Below, one piece after another: positions 1 through 9,177 of a stretch of DNA of 62,008 nt. Under the pieces are notes generated by a model. That model searched no databases and was not told the DNA's origin. It saw nothing but the letters and a program-made list of their open reading frames with translations. The translations under genes were made by a program, and so were the position numbers. How positions within the stretch are numbered: the stretch's first letter is position 1; the number at the start of each line of letters is the position of its first letter. Origin of the DNA: an uncultured bacterium (GTDB lineage Bacteria > Schekmanbacteria > GWA2-38-11 > J061); contig CAZJVM010000008.1 of NCBI GenBank assembly GCA_964549305.1, positions 1-62,008 on the forward strand. Reading direction: 5' to 3'.

Positions 1-242
1 GTTGTATCTAAAGCTATGAACACGTTATCAAACCTTTTAAAGACTTCTTTTTGAAGAAGTCTTTTCTTGACAGCTTTTTTGATATCATTTTCATAATAAA
101 CCATATATTTGATGTTTACATTGTATTGACATTTTATGTCACGCATTTCAAATTACAGTAAAATCTCCCTCTTGACATTAGTCCAAAAATCCTTTTCTAT
201 AGGTCGCAGTTTATTAAAAAACTTCAGAATAAGGAGACTTCG

Positions 243-923
243 GTGGACCCCAAAATAAAGGAAAAAATTCCCCTCAAGGGCATACGAGCGCGCATAGCAA
301 AGAAAATGACACAAAGCTGGACCGGCGCGCCGAGAGTTGCTGAAATTGTCCTTGTCAATATGGAGGAGGCAAAGAAGTTTGCCGATTCAAAAAAATCCGA
401 AGGCGTTACTATCAATGACCTTTTAATCCGTGCCTGCGCGTTGTCTTTAAAGGAATATTCGATTCTCAATTCCGCAATAATCGGTGAAGAGATTTTTGTC
501 TTTGAAAATATAAGCGTCGCATTTGCTGTTGCCCTCGATGACGGACTTATTACCCCCGTAATCCCCGAGGCAGACTCACTGAGTTTGAAAGATGTTGCGG
601 CAAAAAGGGCGGAAGTTGTGAAAAGAGTTCGTAAAGGGGAAAGGACTCCTGACCTTTTAACGGGAGGCACTTTCACGATAACAAATTTAGGTGGCGCGGG
701 AATCGAGCTTTTTACGCCTATTATAAATTTCCCGCAGTGCGCGATTCTTGGCGTTGGCAAGGCGATAAAGCGTCCTGTTGTCGATGAGGGGGGAAATATA
801 GTGCCTCAACTTAGTATGTATGCGTCTTTCGTTTTTGACCACCGCATCGTTGACGGACTGCCTGCGGCAAGATGTCTTGCTAAAATTAAGGACTATCTCG
901 AGAATCCCGGGAAAATGGAATAG
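243..923 (+). CDS. 2-oxoacid dehydrogenase E2 (dihydrolipoamide acyltransferase), catalytic domain only
   Basis: GTG start with AAGGAG RBS just upstream. Motifs IRARIAKKM, GGTFTITNLG, FTPIINFPQCAILGVG and catalytic DHRIVDG. No lipoyl or E3-binding domain; the upstream DNA is AT-rich and looks non-coding. Confidence 0.9.
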   Translation: MDPKIKEKIPLKGIRARIAKKMTQSWTGAPRVAEIVLVNMEEAKKFADSKKSEGVTINDLLIRACALSLKEYSILNSAIIGEEIFVFENISVAFAVALDDGLITPVIPEADSLSLKDVAAKRAEVVKRVRKGERTPDLLTGGTFTITNLGGAGIELFTPIINFPQCAILGVGKAIKRPVVDEGGNIVPQLSMYASFVFDHRIVDGLPAARCLAKIKDYLENPGKME

Positions 924-1020
924 CTTTTTCTCTGTGTCCTCTGTGGTTCCAAAAAATATTTTTAGATGTTGGCTTTGTGGTTAATTAGTTTTTAAAAATA
1001 AGATTTTAAGGAATTTCATT

Positions 1021-1785
1021 ATGAAGAAAATATTTAATCTTGAAGGTAAAGTTGCAGTTGTCACAGGCGCAGGCAAGGGCATAGGCAGAGCGCTTGCAAT
1101 CGGACTTTCGGAATTCGGATGCGACCTCGTGCTTGTAGCGCGCACCCTTTCTGACCTTGAAAAGGTTGCAGGTGAAATCGAGAAGAGAGGAAGAAAAGCG
1201 CTTCCCGTATCCACTGATGTCGCTTCAGAAGAGCAGGTCAACGCAATGGTTGCCCGCGCTGTAGAAGAATACGGCACGATAGACATTCTCGTTAACAACT
1301 CAGGCGTAAGCGGAGATAAACCGGTTCTCAAAATGGACCTTGATTACTGGGAATGGGTAATGTCAGTGAACCTTCGCGGTCCTTTCCTATGTTCAAAAGC
1401 GGTTGGAGCCCAGATGGCAAAACAGAAGAGAGGGAAGGTTGTAAATGTGTCATCGATTACATATCAGATGGCAATTGCAAATATGACATCGTACAGCGCA
1501 AGCAAGGCGGGCTTGGTGCAGTTTACAAAGGTGCTTGCCCTTGAATGGGTGAAGTACAATATACAGGTCAATGCCGTATGTCCCGGATACATAAGAACTC
1601 CCATGAACGAGGAGTTTTTTTCGTCCGATGCGGGAAAAAAAGTAATAGACAAAACACTGCCTATGAAGCGTCTCGGAGAACCAGAAGAGATGGTAGGTTC
1701 GGTGGTTTATTTTTCCTCGCCTGCATCTGATTTTACTACCGGTGCGGTGCTCGTTGTTGATGGGGGGCAGATTCTCGGGAAGTAG
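1021..1785 (+). CDS. short-chain dehydrogenase/reductase (FabG/KduD-like)
   Basis: TGAGKGIG Rossmann motif, NNSG, catalytic YSASK, VNAVCPG, C-terminal VDGG. Confidence 0.92.
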   Translation: MKKIFNLEGKVAVVTGAGKGIGRALAIGLSEFGCDLVLVARTLSDLEKVAGEIEKRGRKALPVSTDVASEEQVNAMVARAVEEYGTIDILVNNSGVSGDKPVLKMDLDYWEWVMSVNLRGPFLCSKAVGAQMAKQKRGKVVNVSSITYQMAIANMTSYSASKAGLVQFTKVLALEWVKYNIQVNAVCPGYIRTPMNEEFFSSDAGKKVIDKTLPMKRLGEPEEMVGSVVYFSSPASDFTTGAVLVVDGGQILGK

Positions 1786-1882
1786 AGGGATTTTGTTGAC
1801 TCACCTGTTAAAAATTTGTTAAGCCAACTGAAAAAAATATTAAGTTTTGGCAAAAATTAAATCAATCAGTCGGAGGTAAGAG

Positions 1883-3469
1883 ATGAGCATTATTATCGGC
1901 AGGAACAAGAACCTGAGAAAACTGCTTGAATATCAGGCGGAAGACAAACCCGATAAGGATTTTATAATTTTCATAGACAAAGATGAAAATGTGGAGACCC
2001 TTACATACAAAGAGTTTAACATCAAGGTTAACCGTTTCGCGAATGCACTGCTTGAAATGGGAGTGAAAAAAGGCGATTTCGTGACCTGCCATCTTCCTAA
2101 TTCAACGGGCTTCTGCCTTACCTGGTTTGCTACTTCGAAAATAGGCGCCATAATGATTCCTACGAACATTATGTCGCGCGCTGAAGAAATGGAATATATG
2201 CTTCAGCACTCCGGTTCAGGCACAATCGTTACCGATCCCGAATATCTTGATATGATTAAGAGCATTAAGGGCAACTGCCCCGAACTTAAAAATATCATTC
2301 TCTACCGATGCGAAGAAGCGCCTGAAGGCACGAGGCTTTTGAATGACATTCTTCAGAATTATCCCGATGAGCTGAAGGAAATCGTTGAAGTAGGGCCTAT
2401 GGATGTTTCGAATATGCTCTATACTTCCGGCACCACGGCAAGGCCGAAGGGGGTGCTTCTCACTCACGGAAACTCCCTTTGGATTGGGGAATCGATGGCT
2501 TGCGAGCAAAAGCTTACATCCGGGGACAGGCACATATGCGTGCTTCCCCTGTTTCACGTAAACGCGCAGTATATTTCCTTTATGCCCACAATTACCGCGG
2601 GCGCGAGCATTATCGTCTGCGAGAGATTCAGCGCTTCGAGATACTACGGATATGTCAGGGAATACGGCGTGACAATTACAAGTCTTGTGGCGACAAATGT
2701 AAGACAGATTCTCGCTCAGCCGCGCACTCCTCACGATGCCAATAACAATATGAAAAGAATCTGTTTCGCCATTGCAATAACCGATGAGCAGTGGGACGAA
2801 TTTGAAACACGCTTCAACACAACTCTTCACGACCTTTACGGGCTTACGGAAACGCTTGCACCCTGCACCTTCACCTGTATGCACGCAAAGCGGGTGAGAG
2901 GTTCGGTGGGGCTTCCCGCATTCGGCATAGAGATAAAGATTGTTGACGATGACAGAAAAGAAGTGCCCATAGGTGAGGTTGGAGAAATCGCCGTACACGG
3001 CACTCCGGGAATTCAGCTTATGAAGGGATACTACAAAAACCCCGAAGCAACCGCCGAAGTGCTCGATGAAAATAATTGGTTTTACAGCGGTGATTTTGGA
3101 AAGATGAATGAAGACGGATATGTGTATTTCATAGACAGGAAGAAGGATGTCATAAAAAGGGCAGGGGAGAACATTGCCGCGCAGGAGGTTGAGAGAGTGC
3201 TTACCGAGCATCCCGCGATAGTTGAATCCGCCGTAATCGGTGTGCCTGACGAAATGCGCGACTGGGCGGTTAAGGCATTTATACTTCTCGACGAAGGAAT
3301 GTCAGTTACTGAAGACGAAGTGAAAGAGTTCTGTAAAGAAAGACTGGCTAAGTTTAAGGTGCCCGAGTTTATCGAGGTAGTTACGGAGTTTCCCAAAACC
3401 TCAATAGGAAAGATTCAAAAGAATATTTTGAAGAAAATGGAACTTGAAAAGTCTCAGGGAAAAAGCTAA
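1883..3469 (+). CDS. AMP-forming acyl-CoA ligase (CaiC/crotonobetaine-CoA ligase-like)
   Basis: YTSGTTARPKG AMP-binding motif, YGLTE, SGDFG, DRKKDVIKRAGENI, PKTSIGKIQK; GGAGG RBS. Substrate unknown. Confidence 0.9.
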   Translation: MSIIIGRNKNLRKLLEYQAEDKPDKDFIIFIDKDENVETLTYKEFNIKVNRFANALLEMGVKKGDFVTCHLPNSTGFCLTWFATSKIGAIMIPTNIMSRAEEMEYMLQHSGSGTIVTDPEYLDMIKSIKGNCPELKNIILYRCEEAPEGTRLLNDILQNYPDELKEIVEVGPMDVSNMLYTSGTTARPKGVLLTHGNSLWIGESMACEQKLTSGDRHICVLPLFHVNAQYISFMPTITAGASIIVCERFSASRYYGYVREYGVTITSLVATNVRQILAQPRTPHDANNNMKRICFAIAITDEQWDEFETRFNTTLHDLYGLTETLAPCTFTCMHAKRVRGSVGLPAFGIEIKIVDDDRKEVPIGEVGEIAVHGTPGIQLMKGYYKNPEATAEVLDENNWFYSGDFGKMNEDGYVYFIDRKKDVIKRAGENIAAQEVERVLTEHPAIVESAVIGVPDEMRDWAVKAFILLDEGMSVTEDEVKEFCKERLAKFKVPEFIEVVTEFPKTSIGKIQKNILKKMELEKSQGKS

Positions 3470-3481
3470 TTTCAACTGCGT

Positions 3482-4105
3482 ATGAAATATAAATTTGATC
3501 TAAGAGTAAGGCGCGTAGAAAAAAAACGCCTTGAAAACAGGGAAAAGCTCGGCGAACTGCTTGCATCCCTTCAGAAGAAAAAATCAACGAAGTGGAAAGA
3601 TTCCTTCATTGAAGCCGACAGAAATATCCATTTCGGCGGCGCTATTACAATTGATACTGACAAATGTATTGCGTGCGGCGCCTGCGCCGAGATATGCCCC
3701 ACCGGCGCCATTGAAATAGATGACAGGAAGGAAACAAGATTCATATCACACAATATGCAGATTTGTGTTGGTTGCAGAAAGTGCGAAAAAAGCTGTGATG
3801 ACGATGCCATTAAAGCAGTGCCCGGTGTTAACCTGAAAAAATTCTTTGACGGTTCCACTGAGCTCAAGAAGGAAGCCGAGCTTGTCGCCTGCAAAGAGTG
3901 CGGAAGGCCCGTGGGACCAAAAGCCGCAATAGATAAGCTCAGAAAAATTCTCGAAGAAGAATCCCACACACACAGCGAACTCGAGTTTTGCCAGAAGTGC
4001 CGCAAGTGGAGGACTGCCTATGAGGCAACGCCGAGACTTTCCATTCTCATTGGCAGGACTTCATCTGAAATAACAGGACAAGAAGAAGGTGGCAAAGAAA
4101 AATAA
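3482..4105 (+). CDS. 4Fe-4S dicluster ferredoxin-like protein with extra CxxC pairs
   Basis: CIACGACAEICP and CVGCRKCEKSC, plus CKEC and CQKC. Its end overlaps the start of hdrA. Confidence 0.8.
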   Translation: MKYKFDLRVRRVEKKRLENREKLGELLASLQKKKSTKWKDSFIEADRNIHFGGAITIDTDKCIACGACAEICPTGAIEIDDRKETRFISHNMQICVGCRKCEKSCDDDAIKAVPGVNLKKFFDGSTELKKEAELVACKECGRPVGPKAAIDKLRKILEEESHTHSELEFCQKCRKWRTAYEATPRLSILIGRTSSEITGQEEGGKEK

Positions 4106-6515
4106 GAAAGAAGAAAACTCACCGCAAAACAAATCAACCGTTGAAGCGAAGGGCACTCTTTTTATATGCACCTGCGCCGGAGAGATATCAAAAACAATCG
4201 ACATAGAAACGATTGCGGAAAGATTAAAAAAAGATAACGCCTTTCATTCCGTACACATTCACGATTCCCTTTGTCAGCAGGAAGGGATAAAGTTTATTAC
4301 CGATGAAGTAAAATCAGGTGTTATAGATAAATTCGTGATTTCCGCCTGCTCACCGCAAAGCATCGGAAAAATATTCAGAGAAGGACTTGACAGGGCGGGC
4401 ATCGAAAGAAGTTATTACGATATCGTAAATCTTCGCGAAGGGTGCGCGTGGCCTCATTCAGACGACCCTAAAGGCGCCACCGCTAAAGCCCTTACAATGA
4501 TAAAAGTGTCCGCGAAGGGAGTGGAATGTTTCCCGGAAATCAGAAAAGAGGAACGGACAATCTGCGATAATGCAGTGGTAATCGGAGGCGGGCCTGCCGG
4601 TATAGCGGCATCCTTTGAGCTCGCAGAGGCGGGAATCAGGACCACACTCCTTGACAAGAAGCATTATCTGGGCGGGATGGCAATGAAGCTCGGGATTGTG
4701 GCGCCCACAAACGACTGCGGACTCTGCACAGCGTTTCTCGATACGGAAAATCTTGAAGTCTGCAGAAAATGCCTTTACAGAAGCAGGATTGACGCGCAGC
4801 CAAACCTTAATATTGTTACCGGCGCGAATGTCACTTCCATAAAAGGGGAGCCGGGACATTTTTCCATATCAACGGAGATCGAACCCCGTTATGTTGATAT
4901 TGAGAAATGCATACTTTGCGGAAAGTGCGAAGAAATATGTCCCGTGGAAGGGATTAAAAGAAAATCCTATTCGACTGTTACTACAAAAGCGGCTTCTCTG
5001 CCGTGGCCTCAGGCAATACCCCGCGCGTACCTCATTGACAGGGAAGAATGCAGGGAGGGTTGTATAGAATGCGAGGAAATATGTCCTACAAAAGCCATCA
5101 ATCTAAAAAGTCAAAAAATATCCGGGACATTGGAAACGGGCGCTGTTGTCGTGGCAACCGGGATAAGCGAATACAAACCAACGCCCATCGTTGAATATGG
5201 TTTTGGAAGATATAAAAATGTGATTACTCAGCATGAGCTCGGACACCTTCTGAATCCCGAAAGCCACACCGAAGGCGAGCTTATCAGGCCCTCTGACGGA
5301 AAGAAGGCAAAGAATGTGGTGATGATTCAGTGCGTGGGCTCGAGGGATAAAAAATATAACGAATATTGTTCGGAAGTATGCTGTCTTTTTGCGATCAAGC
5401 ACGCCATTCTCATTAAAGAGAAAACAGACGCGGAAGTTACAATCTGCTATATCGATATAAGAACACCGGGAAATTTCGAGAAGTATTATATGGATGCCCG
5501 CGATAAGTGGGTAAGCTTCATAAAGGGCAGACCGTCAAGAATAGAGGAAAAGCCTGAGAACGGAAATCTCCTCGTTGAAGTTGAAGATGTTTCCACGGGC
5601 AAAGATCTCCTGTTAAACGCGGACCTTGTTGTGCTTTCGAGCGCCCTGAGACCCGCAAAGGGTACTGACAAACTCTCTGAGATTTCCGGGATTGACCTTA
5701 ATGAATACGGATTTATAAAGGAATATTACGGCAAAAACCGCGCGACGGAAACTTCCCTGAAGGGAATCTATGCCGCGGGATGCGCGACGGGTCCAAAAAA
5801 CATTCCACTTTCCATTGCTCAGGGAAGCGGTGCCGCGGCAAAGGTAATATCGCAGATTAAGAAGCAGAAGGCGATAAAGGAAGTGATGTGTGCCGAGATA
5901 GACGAAGAGCTTTGCATAAAATGCGGAATATGCGTCGATGTATGCCCAGTAAAGGCGGTGGAAACGAAAGAAGAATTTACCGCGATAGACCTTCTTGAAA
6001 CCCCGGAAGTGAACAGCATTAAATGTGTCAACTGCGGGCAGTGCTCGGCATTTTGTCCCACGGGGGCAATTTGGGCAGGCAATTACAGAGAGGAGAATTT
6101 CATTCCTCAGATAGAGGAGACACTGGAATCATCATCGGTGAGACCGAGAATTCTCACATTCCTGTGCCTCGAGTGCGCCTACGCGGCAGTTGACCTTGCA
6201 GGGCTGAAGAAGCTTTCCTATCCTTCAAATATACTTCCTCTGGGAGTACCCTGCGCGGGGAAGGTTTCGTTGATTGATATTTTCAAGGCGTTTGAATGCG
6301 GGGCCGAGGGCGTGATTGTGGGCGGTTGCGCAACGTGCCACTTTAAAAACGGCAGGGATTATATGGTTTCGCAGGTCGATTTTGCAAAAAAACTTCTAAC
6401 TTCCCTTGGAATAGAGAAAGAGCGGTTGGAGTATTTTACCACGGCAATTTCAGACCATAGAAAATTTCTTGACATAGCGCGAAGAATGACTGAAAAAGTT
6501 AAGTCAATTTCATAA
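4089..6515 (+). CDS. hdrA: HdrA-family flavoprotein fused to a C-terminal MvhD domain
   Basis: N-terminal Cys set (ICTC, SLC, SACSP, NLREGCAW), GGGPAG FAD motif, PTNDCGLC, inserted 2x[4Fe-4S], IQCVGSRD..YCSEVCC, C-terminal ferredoxin, then MvhD-like FLCLECAYAAVDLAG/VPCAG/GGCATCH. Confidence 0.9.
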   Translation: MAKKNKKEENSPQNKSTVEAKGTLFICTCAGEISKTIDIETIAERLKKDNAFHSVHIHDSLCQQEGIKFITDEVKSGVIDKFVISACSPQSIGKIFREGLDRAGIERSYYDIVNLREGCAWPHSDDPKGATAKALTMIKVSAKGVECFPEIRKEERTICDNAVVIGGGPAGIAASFELAEAGIRTTLLDKKHYLGGMAMKLGIVAPTNDCGLCTAFLDTENLEVCRKCLYRSRIDAQPNLNIVTGANVTSIKGEPGHFSISTEIEPRYVDIEKCILCGKCEEICPVEGIKRKSYSTVTTKAASLPWPQAIPRAYLIDREECREGCIECEEICPTKAINLKSQKISGTLETGAVVVATGISEYKPTPIVEYGFGRYKNVITQHELGHLLNPESHTEGELIRPSDGKKAKNVVMIQCVGSRDKKYNEYCSEVCCLFAIKHAILIKEKTDAEVTICYIDIRTPGNFEKYYMDARDKWVSFIKGRPSRIEEKPENGNLLVEVEDVSTGKDLLLNADLVVLSSALRPAKGTDKLSEISGIDLNEYGFIKEYYGKNRATETSLKGIYAAGCATGPKNIPLSIAQGSGAAAKVISQIKKQKAIKEVMCAEIDEELCIKCGICVDVCPVKAVETKEEFTAIDLLETPEVNSIKCVNCGQCSAFCPTGAIWAGNYREENFIPQIEETLESSSVRPRILTFLCLECAYAAVDLAGLKKLSYPSNILPLGVPCAGKVSLIDIFKAFECGAEGVIVGGCATCHFKNGRDYMVSQVDFAKKLLTSLGIEKERLEYFTTAISDHRKFLDIARRMTEKVKSIS

Positions 6516-6634
6516 ATAATATTTTTAAAAAATATATGAAGGGAGGTGAGACGTAAAACAATCGTATTTAAGTTTCACCTGAGTTTTCACCAACAATGGT
6601 ATATGCCAATTTAATTTGAAGGGGGATTAATCAT

Positions 6635-7120
6635 ATGGAACAAAACAAGTTTATAATGATCAATCCGGAAAAATGTACGGGTTGCAGAACTTGTGAGATG
6701 GCTTGTTCTCTTTTCAATGAAAAAGAGTGCAGCCCGTCTTTATCAAGAATCCGGGTTGTAAGAAACGAAGCGGTAGGAGACAGTTTTCCTGTCGGATGTG
6801 CTCTCTGCTCAAAACCGGTATGTGTTGAAGTCTGCCCTACGGGTGCAAACTCCATTGACCCTGAAATGGGGACCGGCATAATCAATGAAGAAGTTTGCAT
6901 TGGATGCAAGGCATGTGTAAGGGCGTGTCCTTTCGGCGCCGCGGGAATAAGCTACAAAACAGGCAAAGCTTACAAGTGTAATCTTTGCGGGGGCGACCCG
7001 AAGTGCGTGAAGCACTGCCCTACCAAATGTCTTGACTATGCGCCTCTTGAGCTTACGGTAAGGCACCGCAGGCGTGCTCTTGCTGATGACGTAATCTCTA
7101 AGTTAAAAGGGGAGGGTTAA
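6635..7120 (+). CDS. 4x[4Fe-4S] electron-transfer subunit (DmsB/HydN-like) partnering the AOR
   Basis: CTGCRTCEMAC, CALCSKPVCVEVCP, CIGCKACVRACP, KCNLCGGDPKCVKHCP; ends 3 nt before the AOR gene. Confidence 0.9.
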   Translation: MEQNKFIMINPEKCTGCRTCEMACSLFNEKECSPSLSRIRVVRNEAVGDSFPVGCALCSKPVCVEVCPTGANSIDPEMGTGIINEEVCIGCKACVRACPFGAAGISYKTGKAYKCNLCGGDPKCVKHCPTKCLDYAPLELTVRHRRRALADDVISKLKGEG

Positions 7121-7123
7121 TCA

Positions 7124-9076
7124 ATGGACGGATGGAGAGGAAAAAGAATTCGTTTTAACCTGACCAAAGGCACCTGGGATGTGGAAGAAACACCTTATGA
7201 GTACAGGCGCAAGTGGTTAGGCGGTAGAGGTTATAACTCTGAAGTTCTCTATAACAATGTAGGACCCGATGTTGATCCGTTCTCACCGGAAAATGTGGTA
7301 TGTTTTGGTGTAGGGCCTATGTCAGGTACCTTCGGCCCATCTACGGGAAGAGTTACCGTTACGGCAAAGTCACCGCTTACGGGCGGTTTCGGTGATTCCA
7401 ATATGGGCGGTCACTGGGGTGCTGAGCTTAAGTTTGCCGGCTATGAACAGATTATCCTCACAGGAAAAGCTCCCAAACCTTCATACATCTGGATTGACGA
7501 TGACAAAATAGAAATCAGGGACGGTTCTCATATTTGGGGCAAATATCCGAGAGATGCTGACGCAATCATCAAGGAGGAACTTGGCGACAAGGATATCCAC
7601 GTTGTTACAATCGGTCCCGCAGGCGAAAATCTTGTACGTTTTGCCTGTACCTTCAACGACTGCTACAGAGCGGCAGGAAGAACGGGACACGGAGCTGTAA
7701 TCGGTTCCAAGAACATCAAGGCGATTGCCGTAAGAGGAACGGGCGGTGTCAAGATTGCAAATCCTGAAGAATACTTCAATATTTGCAGTGATTGGCGTGA
7801 AACAATGCGTACCGACCCCATGGCACAGGGACTTCTCAACTTTGGAAGTCTTATCCTTATTATGCCCTGTAACTATGAAATGGGATGGTTTCCCTGGAAG
7901 AACCTGAAATACGGTTATCATCCTGATGCAAGAAATATTTCCGGTGAAGTATGGAACAAGAAGCATTTACGTCACAAGGAAGGATGTTTCTCCTGTGCTA
8001 TCTGCTGTGGTATAGTTTCTGAAGTCAGGGAAGGCAAATATAAAGGTGAATACACCGGCGGACCTGAATACGAAGGCGCTGTGCCCACAGGACCAAGGGT
8101 AGGAATCATTGATTCGGAGACGACTCTCCATAATGCCGTGCTTACCAACAACTTTGGAATGGACGCAATCGAAGCGGGTGCTTCCATAAGCTGGGCAATG
8201 GAGTGCTGGGAAAAGGGATACCTTACAGCAAAAGACACCGGCGGACTTGAACTCACCTGGGGAAATGCTGAAGTTGTCGATAAACTGCTCAATATGATGA
8301 CATACAGGGAAGGTTTCGGCGACATTCTCGCGGAAGGACCCTGGAGAGCATCACAAAAACTTGGTATCGGCGAAGACTGCCTCACTGTAACGAGAGGAAT
8401 GAGTCTGCCTGGCGATGACCCGAGAGGTTTGGGTTTCGGATACGGCCTCAGTTTTGCTGTTGGTACGAGAGGCGGTTGTGACCATTTGAGATCACTGTGC
8501 TGTCTTGAACTTTCCGGCTATCTCTATCCGGGGCTCAATATGAAGATTGTGGGCACGGAAGAATGTTCAAAACCGCTGGTTACCGCAGGGAAACCGAAGA
8601 TGGTTTACTGGGAAGAAAACCAGAAAGCGTTTGTTGACTGCCTGCAGGTATGCTGTTTTAACACTCACTGGTCATACGGCTGCAGAAACGAACATCTGAT
8701 TCCCATGCTCAACGCGGTAACGGGACTTGATTTTACCGAAGAAGAGCTTATGGAAACAGGTGAAAGAATCTACAACCTTGAGAGAGCTTACTGGTCAAAG
8801 ATGCTCAGCGGTAAAAACGATGATACTGTGCCAAAGCGTTTTACACACGAGCCGATGCCTGAAAATCCCGCGGCAAGTTCCGGCAAGGTTCTGCCTCTCG
8901 ATGATATGCTTCCTGATTACTACAAACTTCGCCAGTATGATCCCGAAACGGGTTTTCCCGGTGATAAGAGACTCAGAGAGCTTGGACTCGAAGATGTAGC
9001 CGAGGAATTGAAACCATACAGGAAGAAATACGTCGATCTTCACGGCAAGAAAAAAGGTGGCAAGAAAAAGAAGTAA
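7124..9076 (+). CDS. aor: aldehyde:ferredoxin oxidoreductase family (tungstopterin) catalytic subunit
   Basis: LGGRG, KSPLTGG..DSNMGG.W..ELK.AG, IGPAGENLV, RAAGRTG.GAV.GSKN.KAIAVRG, CFSCAICC, GPEYE, RGGCDH, GERIYNLER. Confidence 0.92.
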   Translation: MDGWRGKRIRFNLTKGTWDVEETPYEYRRKWLGGRGYNSEVLYNNVGPDVDPFSPENVVCFGVGPMSGTFGPSTGRVTVTAKSPLTGGFGDSNMGGHWGAELKFAGYEQIILTGKAPKPSYIWIDDDKIEIRDGSHIWGKYPRDADAIIKEELGDKDIHVVTIGPAGENLVRFACTFNDCYRAAGRTGHGAVIGSKNIKAIAVRGTGGVKIANPEEYFNICSDWRETMRTDPMAQGLLNFGSLILIMPCNYEMGWFPWKNLKYGYHPDARNISGEVWNKKHLRHKEGCFSCAICCGIVSEVREGKYKGEYTGGPEYEGAVPTGPRVGIIDSETTLHNAVLTNNFGMDAIEAGASISWAMECWEKGYLTAKDTGGLELTWGNAEVVDKLLNMMTYREGFGDILAEGPWRASQKLGIGEDCLTVTRGMSLPGDDPRGLGFGYGLSFAVGTRGGCDHLRSLCCLELSGYLYPGLNMKIVGTEECSKPLVTAGKPKMVYWEENQKAFVDCLQVCCFNTHWSYGCRNEHLIPMLNAVTGLDFTEEELMETGERIYNLERAYWSKMLSGKNDDTVPKRFTHEPMPENPAASSGKVLPLDDMLPDYYKLRQYDPETGFPGDKRLRELGLEDVAEELKPYRKKYVDLHGKKKGGKKKK

Positions 9077-9096
9077 GAAGCGTTAGGAAACTCTAT

Positions 9097-9131
9097 TGCG
9101 GGAAGGATTGAATATCCTTCCCGCATTTTTA
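9097..9131 (+). terminator. intrinsic terminator after aor
   Basis: 12-bp perfect stem TGCGGGAAGGAT/ATCCTTCCCGCA, 5-nt loop, followed by TTTTT. Confidence 0.8.
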
Positions 9132-9177
9132 TCTCACAACACTTGAAAAAATTAATCAGCAAGGGTAATTCTATACT

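Noticed and set aside
2216-3211. Long antisense ORFs (e.g. 2216-3211, 224-760, 24069-24725, 27119-27844)
   Set aside because: They are shadows of well-supported genes on the opposite strand and have no motifs of their own.
7124-9076. BamB (class II benzoyl-CoA reductase)
   Set aside because: It has the aldehyde-type GPEYE and RGGCDH motifs rather than the BamB active-site sequence as I recall it, and no benzoyl-CoA pathway genes are recognisable.
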